From Marsupella aquatica (taxonomy: Eukaryota; Plantae; Marchantiophyta): 64,000 nt of DNA. Each line of letters starts with the position of its first letter. The first letter of the stretch is position 1. Positions 23,201 through 35,385 of the stretch are shown in pieces. The stretch is from the NCBI GenBank assembly GCA_973895155.1, contig OZ316891.1, positions 32,127,208-32,191,207 of the forward strand. The letters run 5' to 3'. The notes beneath the pieces are model-generated. The model saw nothing but the letters and a program-made list of their open reading frames with translations. It was not told the DNA's origin and made no database searches. The translations under genes were made by a program, and so were the position numbers.

Positions 23201-24185
23201 TTGGTATCTCTTGGTCTGCATGGCCGTAAAGCATGCATCCTCCTCCCGTGCAAAATGTAGTTGCACCTCCACCGGTAGGGTTGCCGCCCAGCCTTTCCAG
23301 GTGTCATCCCTGGTTGGAATGGCCTTGATGGGATCGACCTCCTCCTCTTCGGCTTCTCCCTGCCTCCTGCTCTGCTGCTCGGCTGGCTTCTTTGGTGCCG
23401 CCGACCTCGTTCTTTTTGCCGGGGTGGCTTCATCGTTGACGGCTCCCTTCCTCTTCATCTCTGCTGCCGTGGAGGTTTCTCCTAGCACCGTTGCCTGGGT
23501 CCACCTTTCCGTGCTACCCTTTAATTCCCAGTGTATGTCGTTGCAGTTCTTGATGGCCTCTCGGATGCCGACGACGCTGTCTTTGCAAAACAGAAGATCG
23601 TCGAGTTGATTGGAAGTAGGCGTCCACAGGAACTCGTCCTTGATGAGTTCGCCTCCTAAGAAAGCCGTCTTCTGCAGCTCCCACAATCGAGCGAGCTCCT
23701 GCCGTTCTTGAGCTGCCCTTTCTGATTCCTCGTCCTCGTAAGTCTTGATGTACTCAGTTGCCCGTTCAAACAGGCATCCCCAGAAATGTGCCGCTTGATT
23801 GACGTTGCTCATACCCTCCTTAGGTCGATCGTCGGTATCTACTCTCTCCCCGAGTGCTTGCCTAAGCAGCTGACAGTAGTTGGCCTCCCGTAGTCGTCTG
23901 CCTAGTTCGTGCTCGCAAATGAGCCACCATCTCCTGCAAGCGCTCCTTACCCCTCCCCTCTGCCGGTCCTTCTTCCCGTTGATCCTTCCTAGCCGCCGAC
24001 GCTTAACGCGCCCTAACCCTAATCGGGTTTTCACCCTCAGCCTTACCTCCGGCCTCTGCCCGGGTTCCATGGTTGCCCCTAATTGTTTATATTTTCCTTC
24101 TTTTGTCCCTATACTAAGGTGTTCCTAGGGTGCCTTCCTGCTTTACCCACTTAACCGGCCGAGTGATTCCTGTCTAGGCATCACA
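20264..24185 (-). repeat. 5' LTR of element B (3922 bp)
   Basis: Plus strand TGTGGTG...CATCACA; abuts the PBS at its left end; right end shares its boundary with the PPT-adjacent copy ending at 14039. Confidence 0.9.
21185..24070 (-). CDS. LTR-encoded ORF of element B (961 aa; transposon-associated domain plus long coiled coil)
   Basis: Intact ATG-to-stop ORF lying wholly inside the 5' LTR; GLEAFVRLPW...EFVGSW...IAEVFGLPIG domain; E/K/Q-rich heptad region. Confidence 0.85.
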   Translation of the reverse strand: MEPGQRPEVRLRVKTRLGLGRVKRRRLGRINGKKDRQRGGVRSACRRWWLICEHELGRRLREANYCQLLRQALGERVDTDDRPKEGMSNVNQAAHFWGCLFERATEYIKTYEDEESERAAQERQELARLWELQKTAFLGGELIKDEFLWTPTSNQLDDLLFCKDSVVGIREAIKNCNDIHWELKGSTERWTQATVLGETSTAAEMKRKGAVNDEATPAKRTRSAAPKKPAEQQSRRQGEAEEEEVDPIKAIPTRDDTWKGWAATLPVEVQLHFAREEDACFTAMQTKRYQGFMAGSGLEAFVRLPWLKPEVPESDLLEFVGSWEPETNCTRIYGKDFYLTPKVIAEVFGLPIGNKTKVDTRKTLPDKEFRSFPGPSTKNGFFRNTCTNPHIGEMIDFLRVTMHCNLPRAEIGKAQVYLAERPDPSRDYNGYLLNQLKKILKEEQQVIGMGSVSRLGYHMPLLCRYARGQTFAPVLPLQVRAPEEAPTPRPLAEKPQPPVSPTIEQVFRPRKEDLPMQQPGMQSLLKLLEKEKKSASATTTATATMQDTTTEVGLHRLTRENPFAGDKERIRPESKPGVRMYVNIMQGQLDTAQADNQNIKDKLTQTQEELADTIKEREKWKQELKNTEEAHITANSRAMAETQRKEWALKGELEKIRGALEQKEAELGKSYQGIMALQQELASLTASFKADLREKDEMLEQTYAKMNQMESVIIAELDKELKATQEERTTLKQEREEAQKELEEARKDLDETQEELEEITRKMENLQRRADNQTERLKKQAAVFRCLSSSGPTPIGATKLPGVVLAEEKAAPTAPVPEVSGKGKGPAAEPEKKKKRKPSGSRSNPTPQAVVTKEVEPAPSSDMNTAIDPAMITGRDGAAQAELLSKEASIPDPPLEQAGETVAEAEAVTDSRADADADGGPSQADGELTQSRAGNLSGNEPTAVAEEEALGASIKDPPPVS

Positions 24186-25219
24186 CATTGTAAACTATTC
24201 CATTGGAATTCAAATGATCTACATTATTGAGCAAGATTGTGATTCTGTTTAATTCTTATTAATGTTTTGTGTAGGATCTCCTTATATGATGCTTTGTTAT
24301 GTGAATGTCATTCATGCTATGTTCATTTCTTGTATTCAATGTGTTATATTTCTAAAGTTAGAACATCAGGTTTCTATGTATTGTAATGTGGAGTGCTCTC
24401 TCTCCTTATGAACTGTACCTCTGTGTTCATTAGTCATGGTTACAACTTGCATGTGAACCTTATTAGTTATAAACATGATGATATAGAGTCCCAAATGGTT
24501 CTGTTGTGTGACCCGGGCCAGGGTCTCCATTGGTCTCTCCTGTGACACTAAATGGTCACATGCTAGTTGTTGTTGAATGCGGGTAAGTCATGTATGTGAC
24601 TTACCATGTGACTCGTTAAAGTCATATTGCAGTCACGTAGAAACAAGGCTAGACTCCACAATAAAGTCACACATCAGTCACAAATGGGTATCAAGGAAGT
24701 CACAAAGCCCAGTATCAATAGTGACTTCCATTGTTTGGTCTCAACTTTTGCAACTCCAAGGGTCACAGCATGGGTCAAGTCATGTTGAGTCACAATGAAG
24801 TCACATGAGCCAAAATGAGTCACATATTGCGGTCTCAATTCACCTCGGATTCTTCTAGTGTGAGGAGATCTCATACTGTTCTCACGCCAAGCACGTTTGT
24901 CTATGACTATAGGTGATTGGACTCTGATATGGTCATGGATGTACGTGCTTGGTTGGCCATTGCAGACTGAGGGAGTATAAGTGAGGACAGCGAAGGAGGT
25001 GACACCCTGAGACAGTTAGGAATTTTGTTACAGTGTGACCTGAGAATAGGTACACAATTCAGGAACCTTTCTTGTTTGTTTTTTGGTGGTTGTAGAAAGT
25101 CTATGCAGCATGATTTATTACACTGTATCATGGCATATGTTTGGTAGATAGTGTGAACATCGGAACACAGCTATACAAGAAATGTATTTTCCACTTTCAT
25201 AATGAAATGACAATTAATT

Positions 25220-27678
25220 TTGAGTGCCTGTGTTCTGAACTCTAAGATGGAGTCTAGAAGAGTGTCCATAGGTCACCCTCCCCCTTGGACCCATCCAACA
25301 TCTGCCAGGTTGCCTCTACATCATCCAATGAGGGTTTCCCAACACGACCAGAAGCTCTGGAATCGGGAACAGGCCAAAGTGGCACGGTCAGGTCCAAGTT
25401 CACGAATGAGATGTCCTTGCACTCAATGCAATGGCTCCCACACCAGAGTCTTGAGGCAGATTCATGGGCACTTGGCAATTCATGGGAGACACCCTCATTG
25501 GCGTGTTACAAACGATCCGAATGAGGCTGATTCTTCAGATGAGGAATGGAGGGCTGACTTTGAGAATGCAAATAGTGCAAGGCGAGACCAGTTCTTCACT
25601 GGTGGGTTGGCAGATGTGATGACTCAATTGGGTGGGTCCGAAGTCCTTCAGCAGCCTGCAGACGAAGGGATCAAGTTCAGCAAATGGTGTAGGATATTTT
25701 CCAGGACATGGATGCAATGCGGGAGGACATGGAAGATGCAAAAGAGTTTGAGACTGCACCGGGTGATGACCACGAGTCTTCAGATGAGTTCGAGATTGGG
25801 CAACAGGCTGCAACTGGAGTGGACACCATGTTTGGCTCCCCAACCGAAGTTCAGGAGGCCTTCAATCCGCTGTTCCCAGGAAGCAATTGTTCCAAATTAG
25901 CATTTGTGCTAATGTTTCTGAATATTTGTGGGAACCACAATGTGCCAAACATCTTTGTGTCCGAGGTTCTAGCCTTCTTGCAGAAAACAATGCTGCCAGG
26001 AGGTAATCTAGTGCCAAAAAACATGTACGAGGCAAAGAGACTGATATCAAAACTTGGGCTGAACTATGAGTCAATACATGTCTGTCCCGATGGGCATGTT
26101 CTTTTCATAAACGAACATGAGAAGAAGTTGACATGCCCTACATGTGGGAAGCACAGGTACCGGAACAATGGGAAGTCCAAGCAACCTGCAAAAGTGCTCC
26201 GTCACTTTCCTATAATTCCCAGACTGCAGCAAATGTTCAGGAGCCGTGCCATATCAGAGTTGATGACATGGACAGCTAAGAACAAAAGTCGAGATGGGCT
26301 ACAACGCCATGCTGGAGATTCAAAGCAATGGAAGTTGATTGATGATGCGTATCCTGAGTTTGCTAGGGAGACAAGGAATGTTAGGCTTGGGTTCCCATTT
26401 GGCAAGAAGAACAATGCATACTCTTGTTGGCCTGTAACCCTTTTGAATTACAACCTTCCCCCATGGTTGACTACAAAGCGGTTCTTTGTAATGTTGGCAT
26501 TGTTGATTCCAGGGCTAGACAGTGCTGTTGCAGCCAATATAGATGTGTATCTCGCTCCTCTAGTAGAGGAACTGAGAAAGCTATGGTACACTGGAGTGCT
26601 CACATATGATATGCTGCAGAGGATTGGTGAAGCCAATCCATTCTTTGTAATGTTGACTATTGCAGATTACCCTGCCCATAGCATGATTGCAAGCTAGGTT
26701 GGGAAAGGATATTTAGCTTGCACAAGATGTGGCCCCCATGTGACAAGTGACTATTCAAAGTCCTTGAAGTGTATCAAATACCTTGGTCACCGTCGATTTC
26801 TGCCCTCTGATCACCCTTACAGACGTAGACCCAATCTTATAGCACATTTTAACAAGCGCACGGAGCTCCGCAGTCCCCCACCTTGAGTGAAGAAGGAGAA
26901 AGTAAGTTCTTGGGGGGCTGCCAAGGCACAGTATGATGCAGATGGAGGAGCAGAGGATGGAGTACGGGATCCTGCAAGGTTGTATGGTGTGAAACGACAG
27001 TCCATTTTGGACTTGCAGCTGGAGTATTGGCGAGTAAGCTCCTCTCCCCAACAACCCATATATGTGATTCAGTCAATTTAGTTGTTAGATTGTATGAAGT
27101 AGTATGTATGTATTATGAAGATTGAGATTTGCTCACTACTTGATGTTTTGGAGTTGTAGGAGTTTGATCCAAACAAACATAATATTGATGTTATGCACAT
27201 AGAGAAGAACATATGCGAGAGTCTACTCCAATTTTTGAGTGGAGAAAAGGACACGGGCTCTGTACGTATGGATCTACAGGACAGGGGAATTCGACCCCAC
27301 CTTTGGCTTACATCACACCACAATAGGGCAAACGTGTTTTTGAAGTACCAAGCACCATATTGTTGCACAGACACAGAGTGGCAGACCTTTTTATCAAGGC
27401 TGAGTTCACTCCAAGCTCCCACAGATTATGCTAGTGCATTCAAGAGGCATGTGAAGGATAACAAATTCCAATTTGGTAGTATGAAAACCCATGACTACCA
27501 TGTCATGATGCAACAAGTCCTGCCATTGTGCCTGAGGGGCCTCATGCAAGAGCCTGTGCGTAAAGTTATACTGCGTCTGAGTGATGTGTTCCGCAGAGTT
27601 TGTGTGAAGGTGTGGGATGCTGCACAGTTTCCCCAGTTGAAGAAAGATGTGGCACTATTGTTGTGCAATCTTGAAATA
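25220..27678 (+). pseudogene. CACTA/En-Spm TnpD-like transposase, degenerate and truncated by element C
   Basis: MRCPCTQC, IHVCPDGHVLF..CPTCG, LRHFPIIPRLQ, YNLPPWL, DYPA, DVMHIEKNICE and MKTHDYHVMMQ motifs; several stops and frameshifts, with a probable intron at ~27033-27160. Confidence 0.9.
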
Positions 27679-30600
27679 TGTGGTATAGGGTCCATGCATA
27701 AAATGCATATAATAAAAGTAAAAACTCAGAATTTGTTCCCCTAAAGAGCAAAACAGAATGGGAATGGAATGTTTTAACACAAATGAGTGGTTTAACGAGG
27801 AAACTCAACCTCTTACACATTTGAAACCAAAATGCACAATTAACAAAAGACAAGGAAATATAATTCTCTTTCATAGACTATAACTCTAGGACTTTTAAAG
27901 TCAGGCTTCAGCACTGTGCTACCTCCATCACCATAGCTTATCAAAAGATATGGTGACTTTAAGATGTTAAAAGGTACACAAAACCCCTCTCTGCCTACTT
28001 CCTAAATTTATACTCTCATTTCTCCTCCTTCTAGTATTAGTTCACCAAGCCCACAAAGATCTTTCTGGACATCATGCGCAGTCCCAACTAGTAAACTGCC
28101 GGCAACAGGATTCAATACTCTGGCGATGCGCAACTTGGTATGAATGCTACTAGTCTTTGTTTGCCAATGGCGGTACTAAAACTCATGAGAATGGACTTTT
28201 ACCCTAGAAAGCTTGAAATGAATTCCCCTCTAGACTTCCACAAATTTTTAACAATCATACATGGTCAAAGATATTTTGGACAACTCTAGAGTTTCATAAG
28301 GAAAGAGTTTCATATATTGGATCTCAAGCCAATGCTATCTATGATTTAAGATACAAATCACATGTATTTATGTAGTTTTACTTCCATATCCAAATTCCTC
28401 ATGGAATCTAATATAGAAGGAAGTTAGTCTCCTTTTCTTCACCTAAGGAGCGACATTCAAAATATGTCTTAAATGTCTCCATAATCAGTGTCAAAGGGAC
28501 AATCTCTTCGGCTAAGATATGCAAGAACTAACTTATCTAACTAGTGTATCACCCTTGCTTATATAATGCCTCAAGCAAGGATGGTCAAGAGGGAATGAAA
28601 AGGTGTAACTTTTCACTCCTGAAAACCAAAAACTAACTAAAATAAGTATTAAGGATATCCTTGGAAAGATGAAAAGACATACCTCTTCATCCTCCAATTC
28701 AAAGAAAACTAATATGTAAAACAAAGTAGAACTAATTAAAACTTGATGTAATTAAATGCCAATATAACAATTGTCTAACATAGACCTGATCAAAAACCAA
28801 GTAAACCAACTCCAAAAAGTTTTGAACTGTGCCAGCAAGTCGATTATACTCCAAAGATCATGCTTGCAAATTTCAAGCTGAACTGAAGTTCTTGAAGGTT
28901 TTCAAATAAATAGGAGCTTTAGTGATATCCTGTTGTAAGTCACCAAATGACTTAAATGCAATCAAAAAGCTCCAAAAGATTTTGAAAGTTCGTCATTTCA
29001 CCATTTCTTCTTCCATTTTTAAGGATTCTTACATATGTGGCATACCACATAGCCCTCCACTCAAACAGCAAAGTGCCCCCACAAGCTTGAAAACCAATGA
29101 AGTGCTAAATTTGTTCTTTATATTAATAAGTGTAGAAACTTCAATGGAGTGTCTTTGAAAGTTTTTGCTGTTTTGTATTTGTTGTCTTTCTTAACTTTTG
29201 TCTTTGCTCTACTAACTTGTCATCTTTCTTTGTGGAGACAAAAGGTCCATCAACTCCAACATTAATTCTTGTAGAGGGTAAGGAAGGAGATTGATTAGGA
29301 GATGTTTCATTCATCTATTCCTCTAATGTAGATGTTTCACCAACCCGAGTTAATTTTGATGATGAATTCTCTCATCCTAGCACATGCAAATTCTCATCCC
29401 ATTCCAGTGAGAATAAACTTCCTGGAGTTACTTCATTGTTGCTTCTCAAACTTGTTTATGTACATTCATTTGGTCAAATTTTAATTAGAGTAGTCATCAG
29501 ACAGGTAAGTGTGTTGATCTTGTTATTCTGCTCTCTTCTTTGGCATTGTTTCTGTTGATGCTTCAACCTTAGCTTGTTGCTCATGATCCCTTTGTCCATT
29601 TTGCACTCCTTCAGTGAACTCAATAGAGGAAAGAAATATATCCTTCTCTGCAGTAAAAAGACAAGTCTCGTTTCAATAAATATAAGTAATGTAAACAGCG
29701 AGAGGAGATGCCATTTTGTCTTGTTGTTCAGCCTAGAGATCTGATTTGTCCCCCAAATCTGAAGCACCCTGTGAAAAATTCTGGACCAGTTGATCTTCTT
29801 ATGCTGTTCCAAAAAACATCAATGAGCAGCTAGCTAAGAGTAGAGTAGCACATGCAAGTTTGTTCAGTCTTGAAAAGGGCTAAGAGGCCTCATATCAGTT
29901 TTGTTTATGCAATTGTCCACGTGCTATCCATTCTTTAGTATCTTTCTCAAAGTTTCTCTCCACATATATTTGAATGTCACCATATATCATCTTGCAATCC
30001 CTTGTCTTCTTGAATGTGTCTTGTAAATTCAAGTAAGCACTTCTTCAGTCAATAGGTCTAGATTTTCTCAAATTGCAGAGTGTCTCCTCTGAAGACTTGA
30101 AAGTTGCCTCATTTGGTGTATTACTACAGATTATTTGAGGTAACAAATTAACTTTCCACAGAATGATGGAGACTCTTCCTCTCCATCTTGTCTTCCAGAA
30201 ATCCATCTCTGACCCAGGGCCCTCCACTCAAGTTTGGACGTGCGTTCACTCCTTCAAAGGGTCTTACTTCCAACAGAAAATGCTCCAAGCTAGCTTTGAT
30301 CTTCACCTTGAATCTGTAGATTGTTACTCTTAAAATGACTCAGACTTACTCTTGAAATTCTTGATGAGGCATTTGGTCTTCCTACAAGACCTTTTTTTTT
30401 CTTTCAAAAACTCAATCCCAAGGGTTACATCACTTGATCATGCCTCCTCATCACACCTCTTCTAAAATAGGTCACGGCCCTTGATCAACAGCTTTCACGG
30501 CTTAGTGTCTTTTGCCCAACAGACACCTCTTCTCCTATCAATCATCTCCTTACATGCCTCCTTGGTGCTCAACGTGGTAACACTCAAATTATAGTGTAAA

Positions 30601-31260
30601 GCTCCATAGTAAAGAACATTTTGGAAGCATCCCAAAATCAAGCAAGGAAGAATTGGATTTGGATCAATTTTTCCAGCCATATTACTCCACAACAATCAGT
30701 CCAATTCTATGTAAACTTTAATATGAGGGTCAATGTTCTTCCAATTTCAAATCCTTCTCTCTCAATTAGATAGAACTTTCATCGTTATAATTGTCTTCCA
30801 TCCAACTGATTGCCCATGGAACAAAAAGAATTAAGCAAAATTCATGTTCGTAATTTCTTTGTCAGGGAAATAGGCACAATCCCCAGTAATTTTGCAGCAC
30901 CATGATGTCTCAACTTCACTCTATCTCCATGTGCATGAAACAAATTCAGTGCACCACCAAGTAGATCCTCAATTTTTTGTTTGAATTTTTTGTTTTTAAG
31001 ATGTTCTTCATGTAACAAAGTGTTAGGAAGCGACTTCCTTACATGAGGGGTCTCTCCTGCAATGGTCCTCCTCCTAAAACCTCAATGTTTCAATACCTTC
31101 AAAGGTAGCAACATGTTACAAAAATTATCATTTTGAATCTCTGAATTTCAGGTCACTCCCTGACAACTTGGTGAAATCATTTGAGCATTCACTGCCATCC
31201 ATGTCCATCCCACTCCTAGTTTGCTCCCCGGCAGCGGCGCCAAAAAGATGTGGTATAGGG
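27679..31260 (-). mobile_element. Non-autonomous LTR element C (related to A)
   Basis: LTR 27679-29049 (TGTGGTAT..ATACCACA); same PPT (TAGCCCTCCACT) and PBS (CCCCGGCAGCGGCGCCAAAAAGA) as A; second LTR starts at 31249 (TGTGGTATAGGG) and is cut after 12 bp; internal relic INWSRIFHRVL resembles INWTKVLHRVI in A's 744-aa ORF. Confidence 0.88.
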
Positions 31261-31991
31261 TGTGACGCCGCCGGTACGGCGAGTAATGAGAAATTCGGTC
31301 TAAACCGTGCCTAGCACGCGCGTTAGGGGTATCTTAGGCCGCTATGATTAGCATAACGACAGTATTTAGGTAGCCATTATAAGTAGGAAATCATTAGTCA
31401 ATAAGGGGAATTCATGTTCGGTCTGGCGGCGCGTCGCCATTTGCACGCCCGGGTTACGAGCGTGGAGGGGTCCCTCCCTCGGGTCCGTATAACGAACTTT
31501 GGGAGGCGTCCACTGACACGCGGTGACTCAGACCGGCGGAGTGGCCGGTACACTACAAGCGTGAACGCTCCAGCCTGTAGGCAGCAAGGAGATGTCGGGG
31601 GATCGGCAAGCCCTCAAGGTATAAAAAGGGAGTCGACCCTTTGGAGTGCACCAGTCCATCAGTCCACGCGCCAGCTTCGACCCCAGCTCTCTCATTCGCT
31701 CTAAGTCGCCACTACTATCTCCTCTGAATGTCGCACACGATCCTCTCCAGCTCGACCATTCAATTCTGGATGCAATTCCTATCTACCGGAAGGCACTTGG
31801 CCGACTCATTGAAACACGCCAACCCGCGCTGATACGAAATCGAACGCGAGTACGAGAGAGCCATCCGCCTAGCAGGACGACACCACTACATCCTTAACTT
31901 TGACTACCCGTCTCAGAGCGAGCTTTACCGACCAGCAGAGGTATCTAGGTACTTCTTCAATGGAGACAAATATATTGGTTTCTGGGAAGCA

Positions 31992-34363
31992 TTGCTTCGG
32001 CTTCCGGACGAGGTCTTCAATATCCCGGGTACGATCGACTTGCAACGACATCACTTCGACCACATCCCTGCTCAGGTTTGGGCTATCATCAACAGCGAGT
32101 CCAGCACTACCCGTTTGACAAGGTTGTCCGCACTTGCTTCGGAGAACTTCTACCAGCACCTGCAGAGCTTCATGGGAACTAGACCCGCAACCACCGGCGC
32201 CAGCCCAGTGGACCCCATACCCGTACCAATGCAGACTCAGGCTCAGGCTCAGCTTCAGTCTCAGCCTCAGCCTAGCCAACCCCCACCGCCAATCGCCCCA
32301 CCAGCAGTACAAGTACGCTCCGTCATCAACGCTGTGGACCTTAGCGACGACGACGAGGCTACCCCACCTTTGCTCAGGCGGCCCAAAGGAGAAAACACTC
32401 AGGGGGCCGACATTGCATCGTCCCCTCCCCATGCTCGGACCCAAGGAGCGGCTCCAGCAGACAACACGGTGACCGTGGCCCCCCCGGGACCAATACTAAC
32501 GGCGGTAGTACTACCTATGCCTGATCGAGAGGATGGGGAGGTGTCACCTTCCCCGAGTCAGTCACGGGGGAAGAAGAGGAAGGAACCCGCCACTGCATCC
32601 GGGTTACCATTGGCCATGGTAGCCGTGGCCAACGTAACAATGCACCGCATGGGGGAAAACGTGCATAAGAACATCCTCCATCCCAAGCATGCGGTGTACC
32701 TGAAGACTCAGGGATTCGAGCACCTCGCCGCTCTGCCCTGGAACACTTGTAGGTACTACGGGGAGGACATGACAGAATTCGTCAAGAATTATGATGATAC
32801 ACGTCAGCATACTCGGCTGCGGGGAAGGAATATGTTCGTCACGGAAGAACGGCTCAAGATGATCTTTGGATTACCCGAAGGTGACCATCGAGTCAAATCA
32901 CGAGCTCCCGGGGGCAAGGGAGCCAAGTACCAATCCTTGAGTTTTCCCTCGGAAGGGGCAGTGGACAACGGGTTCATGATGAGGACCTGCCTCATCCCCG
33001 AGATAGCTGAGCGACTGGAGTTCCAGAGGTACGCCCTCCACATGATGGAACCCCGGGGGGAGATCTCCGCCGCCCAGGTTATCCAGGTCGAGAACTATCG
33101 ACCTAGGAAGTGGGCGTCGTACTTCGCTAAGAAATTCCATGAAGAGATGGAGCGGCGAAGGAAGACGATGTACATTGGCGGGAAGGCATATTTTGCTAGC
33201 CACATCGAGATCATTCTTGAGTGGTACGCTCGGTTTGATCGACGAACCCTTCCCCGTGTCACCGTTCCAAAGCTGGTCCCAGCTAGGTGGGTTTTCCCGG
33301 CCTTGGAGAGACGGCCCCAACCCGAGGCCCGAAGTCCAGCGGACACGCCAGCTTCACCCACCCCACCTCCACAAGTAGCTGTAGTCGTAACCGAGGAGGT
33401 ACCGGATGGGTCGGTTGTCACAACAGTTGATGCGATCCAACAAGCCGGGCTAAGTACAGAAGTTGGTACGGCGGAGGTCTTACCCGAGCCCGGGTCTCCC
33501 AAAGACCCACCGGTGGCTATTCCAGAGAACCGGACATTGCTGCAGGAGGACAATCCAGCCCCTCCCAACATTACGTCCCCAGGGCTGGACGTCACTGCCC
33601 CGGCCCCCGCGCGTGTTGACGTCTGCCCGTGCCCAACTCCGGACAGGCACAACCTGGACCACCCGGAACTCTTCGTACTGGGTACATTTCTGAACGGGCT
33701 TCTGGGAGATTTCTCTCATCAAATTGCTCGGGATACCGGGGAGTTCATGGCCCGGAAGGTAGCCTGTTTTTTCAATCAGGAATTAGTTGCCGCAGTAAAG
33801 GCAGGTCAGGCCCAGTCAGAGGCCCTTCAGAGGATAGAGCGGTACCGGGTGGAGTTCGTATACTTAAAGAACGAAGTTGCGGCTCAAGAGGCTGAGCTTC
33901 TGCAACTATGACCCAAGGTTGCAGCCGCCGATGATTTGTTAGCAAAGGCGCACGCCCTTACCACCCTAGCCGAGCAGGCCAAAGCTGGGAACGAGGCCGA
34001 GATTGCACGACTCCGGAACCAGATTGACAGTTTGAAAAATCAAACTGTCATCTGGCAGAAGGACCTGCATGAGGCCGAAGAACGGGCCCAGCGGGACACT
34101 GCGGATAGCCACGCTACAGGCCGAAGTGGCACGGCTCCAAACCGAAGCCAAGAAGCAGGACCAGCTGGCGGGCAAGCTGACGAGCGACGCCCAGCAGCTG
34201 GAGGAGGCATGCCAGGAGGCCATGGAGGAGACAGACGCGGCGAAGTGAGAGAACGACTCTTTGCTGGACCAGGTCCAGCTCCTCAAGGCAGACAACGACA
34301 GACTTCGTAAGCAGCGGGATGGCCGCTCCCACTCGGGCGGCTCTGGCAAGCGTACCAGGCATT
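31992..34363 (+). pseudogene. LTR-encoded ORF of element D (homologue of B's LTR ORF), with an internal stop and a frameshift
   Basis: QGFEHLAALPW...EFVKNY...LKMIFGLPEG aligns by eye with B's ORF; coiled-coil tail after the TGA at 33909-33911. Confidence 0.78.
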
Positions 34364-35385
34364 AGCGGCGGAGTAGGAATAGAATAGGGTTAGGAGTAGC
34401 TAGGTCAGGCTATTGGGACAGGCACCTGCCTTAGTTACAGCAACACTGCCATGCTGTCCAGCCTGTGTAGATTAGGATCTTCTAATAAGACACAACCGTT
34501 TTTCGGCCTAACAATCAGACTAGTTAGGACCTAAGTCAGCGAATCTTCGGGCGGGAGGACACTCCGTTCCTCGGCCCTTAGTATTTAGTGCACCCCTCGG
34601 TAGAGGCAGGGGGTTTTTAGTCTCAGAGTTGGACATCCGTGGTATGTGCGGGGAGTCCCAACCTCTGGGAGTGAAAGAGTACCAAGGGGAGGGGGTAGGA
34701 CTAAGCTCGCCGGGCGAGTGCGGAGCCGGGCTCCGTTGTAGTATACTCTCTCGGCCTTGAACCTGTTCATTCCAGAGCTATCAGGTCAACCAAGTGTACG
34801 CACATGTCCCCTATGTAGTAAAATCCTTTCCCATTATTTCCTTTGTGTAAATCGAGATTGTATGCTTGTGCGCATGTATATGTGTGTGAATCTCGTGTAT
34901 AGGTGACAACGCCGGGCCGAACGCACTACCCGAATCGTGCACGGGGTGCAGCTTGCGGGGATGTGGTTGCGAGCACGGGTTGAGGACCTGTATCATAGAA
35001 TCCGGATCGAAGGCGGACAACACGAAGGCTTAGAAGTCCTTAAGTCGGGGTCGATCCTGTTATCGACTAAGGTACGTTCCGGCGGTGGAACACAAACCAT
35101 ACCTAGGAGATGTCCGTATCTAACAGTAGGCGCACTTAGCGCTAGTTTACGTGAGTTAGGTGCATTACGCGCTTCCCTCCCTGCCCGAACCCTCATATTT
35201 ACGAAGGAGGTGCCCATTTAAAGCTGAAGCCCGAGTTAAGGCCAAGGCTGATGACGTGACATAGCCTTTGTTTTTGGCGCTAGATGGAGGGGGCACTCTA
35301 CATATCGTAGAGGGGAGACATGTGTGTATTCGCCTGGGCAGAATACACCAGGCCCTAGTACTAACCATCGCATTTACACGAGTAA

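Larger units (their letters stand above)
1..24185 (-). mobile_element. Ty3/Gypsy LTR retrotransposon B with very long ORF-containing LTRs; 3' LTR interrupted by element A and running off the window
   Basis: 12181-14039 repeats 22327-24185; PPT at 14040-14052; PBS at ~20243-20259; gag-PR-RT-RH-INT on the minus strand; no chromodomain or additional RNase H seen. Confidence 0.95.
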
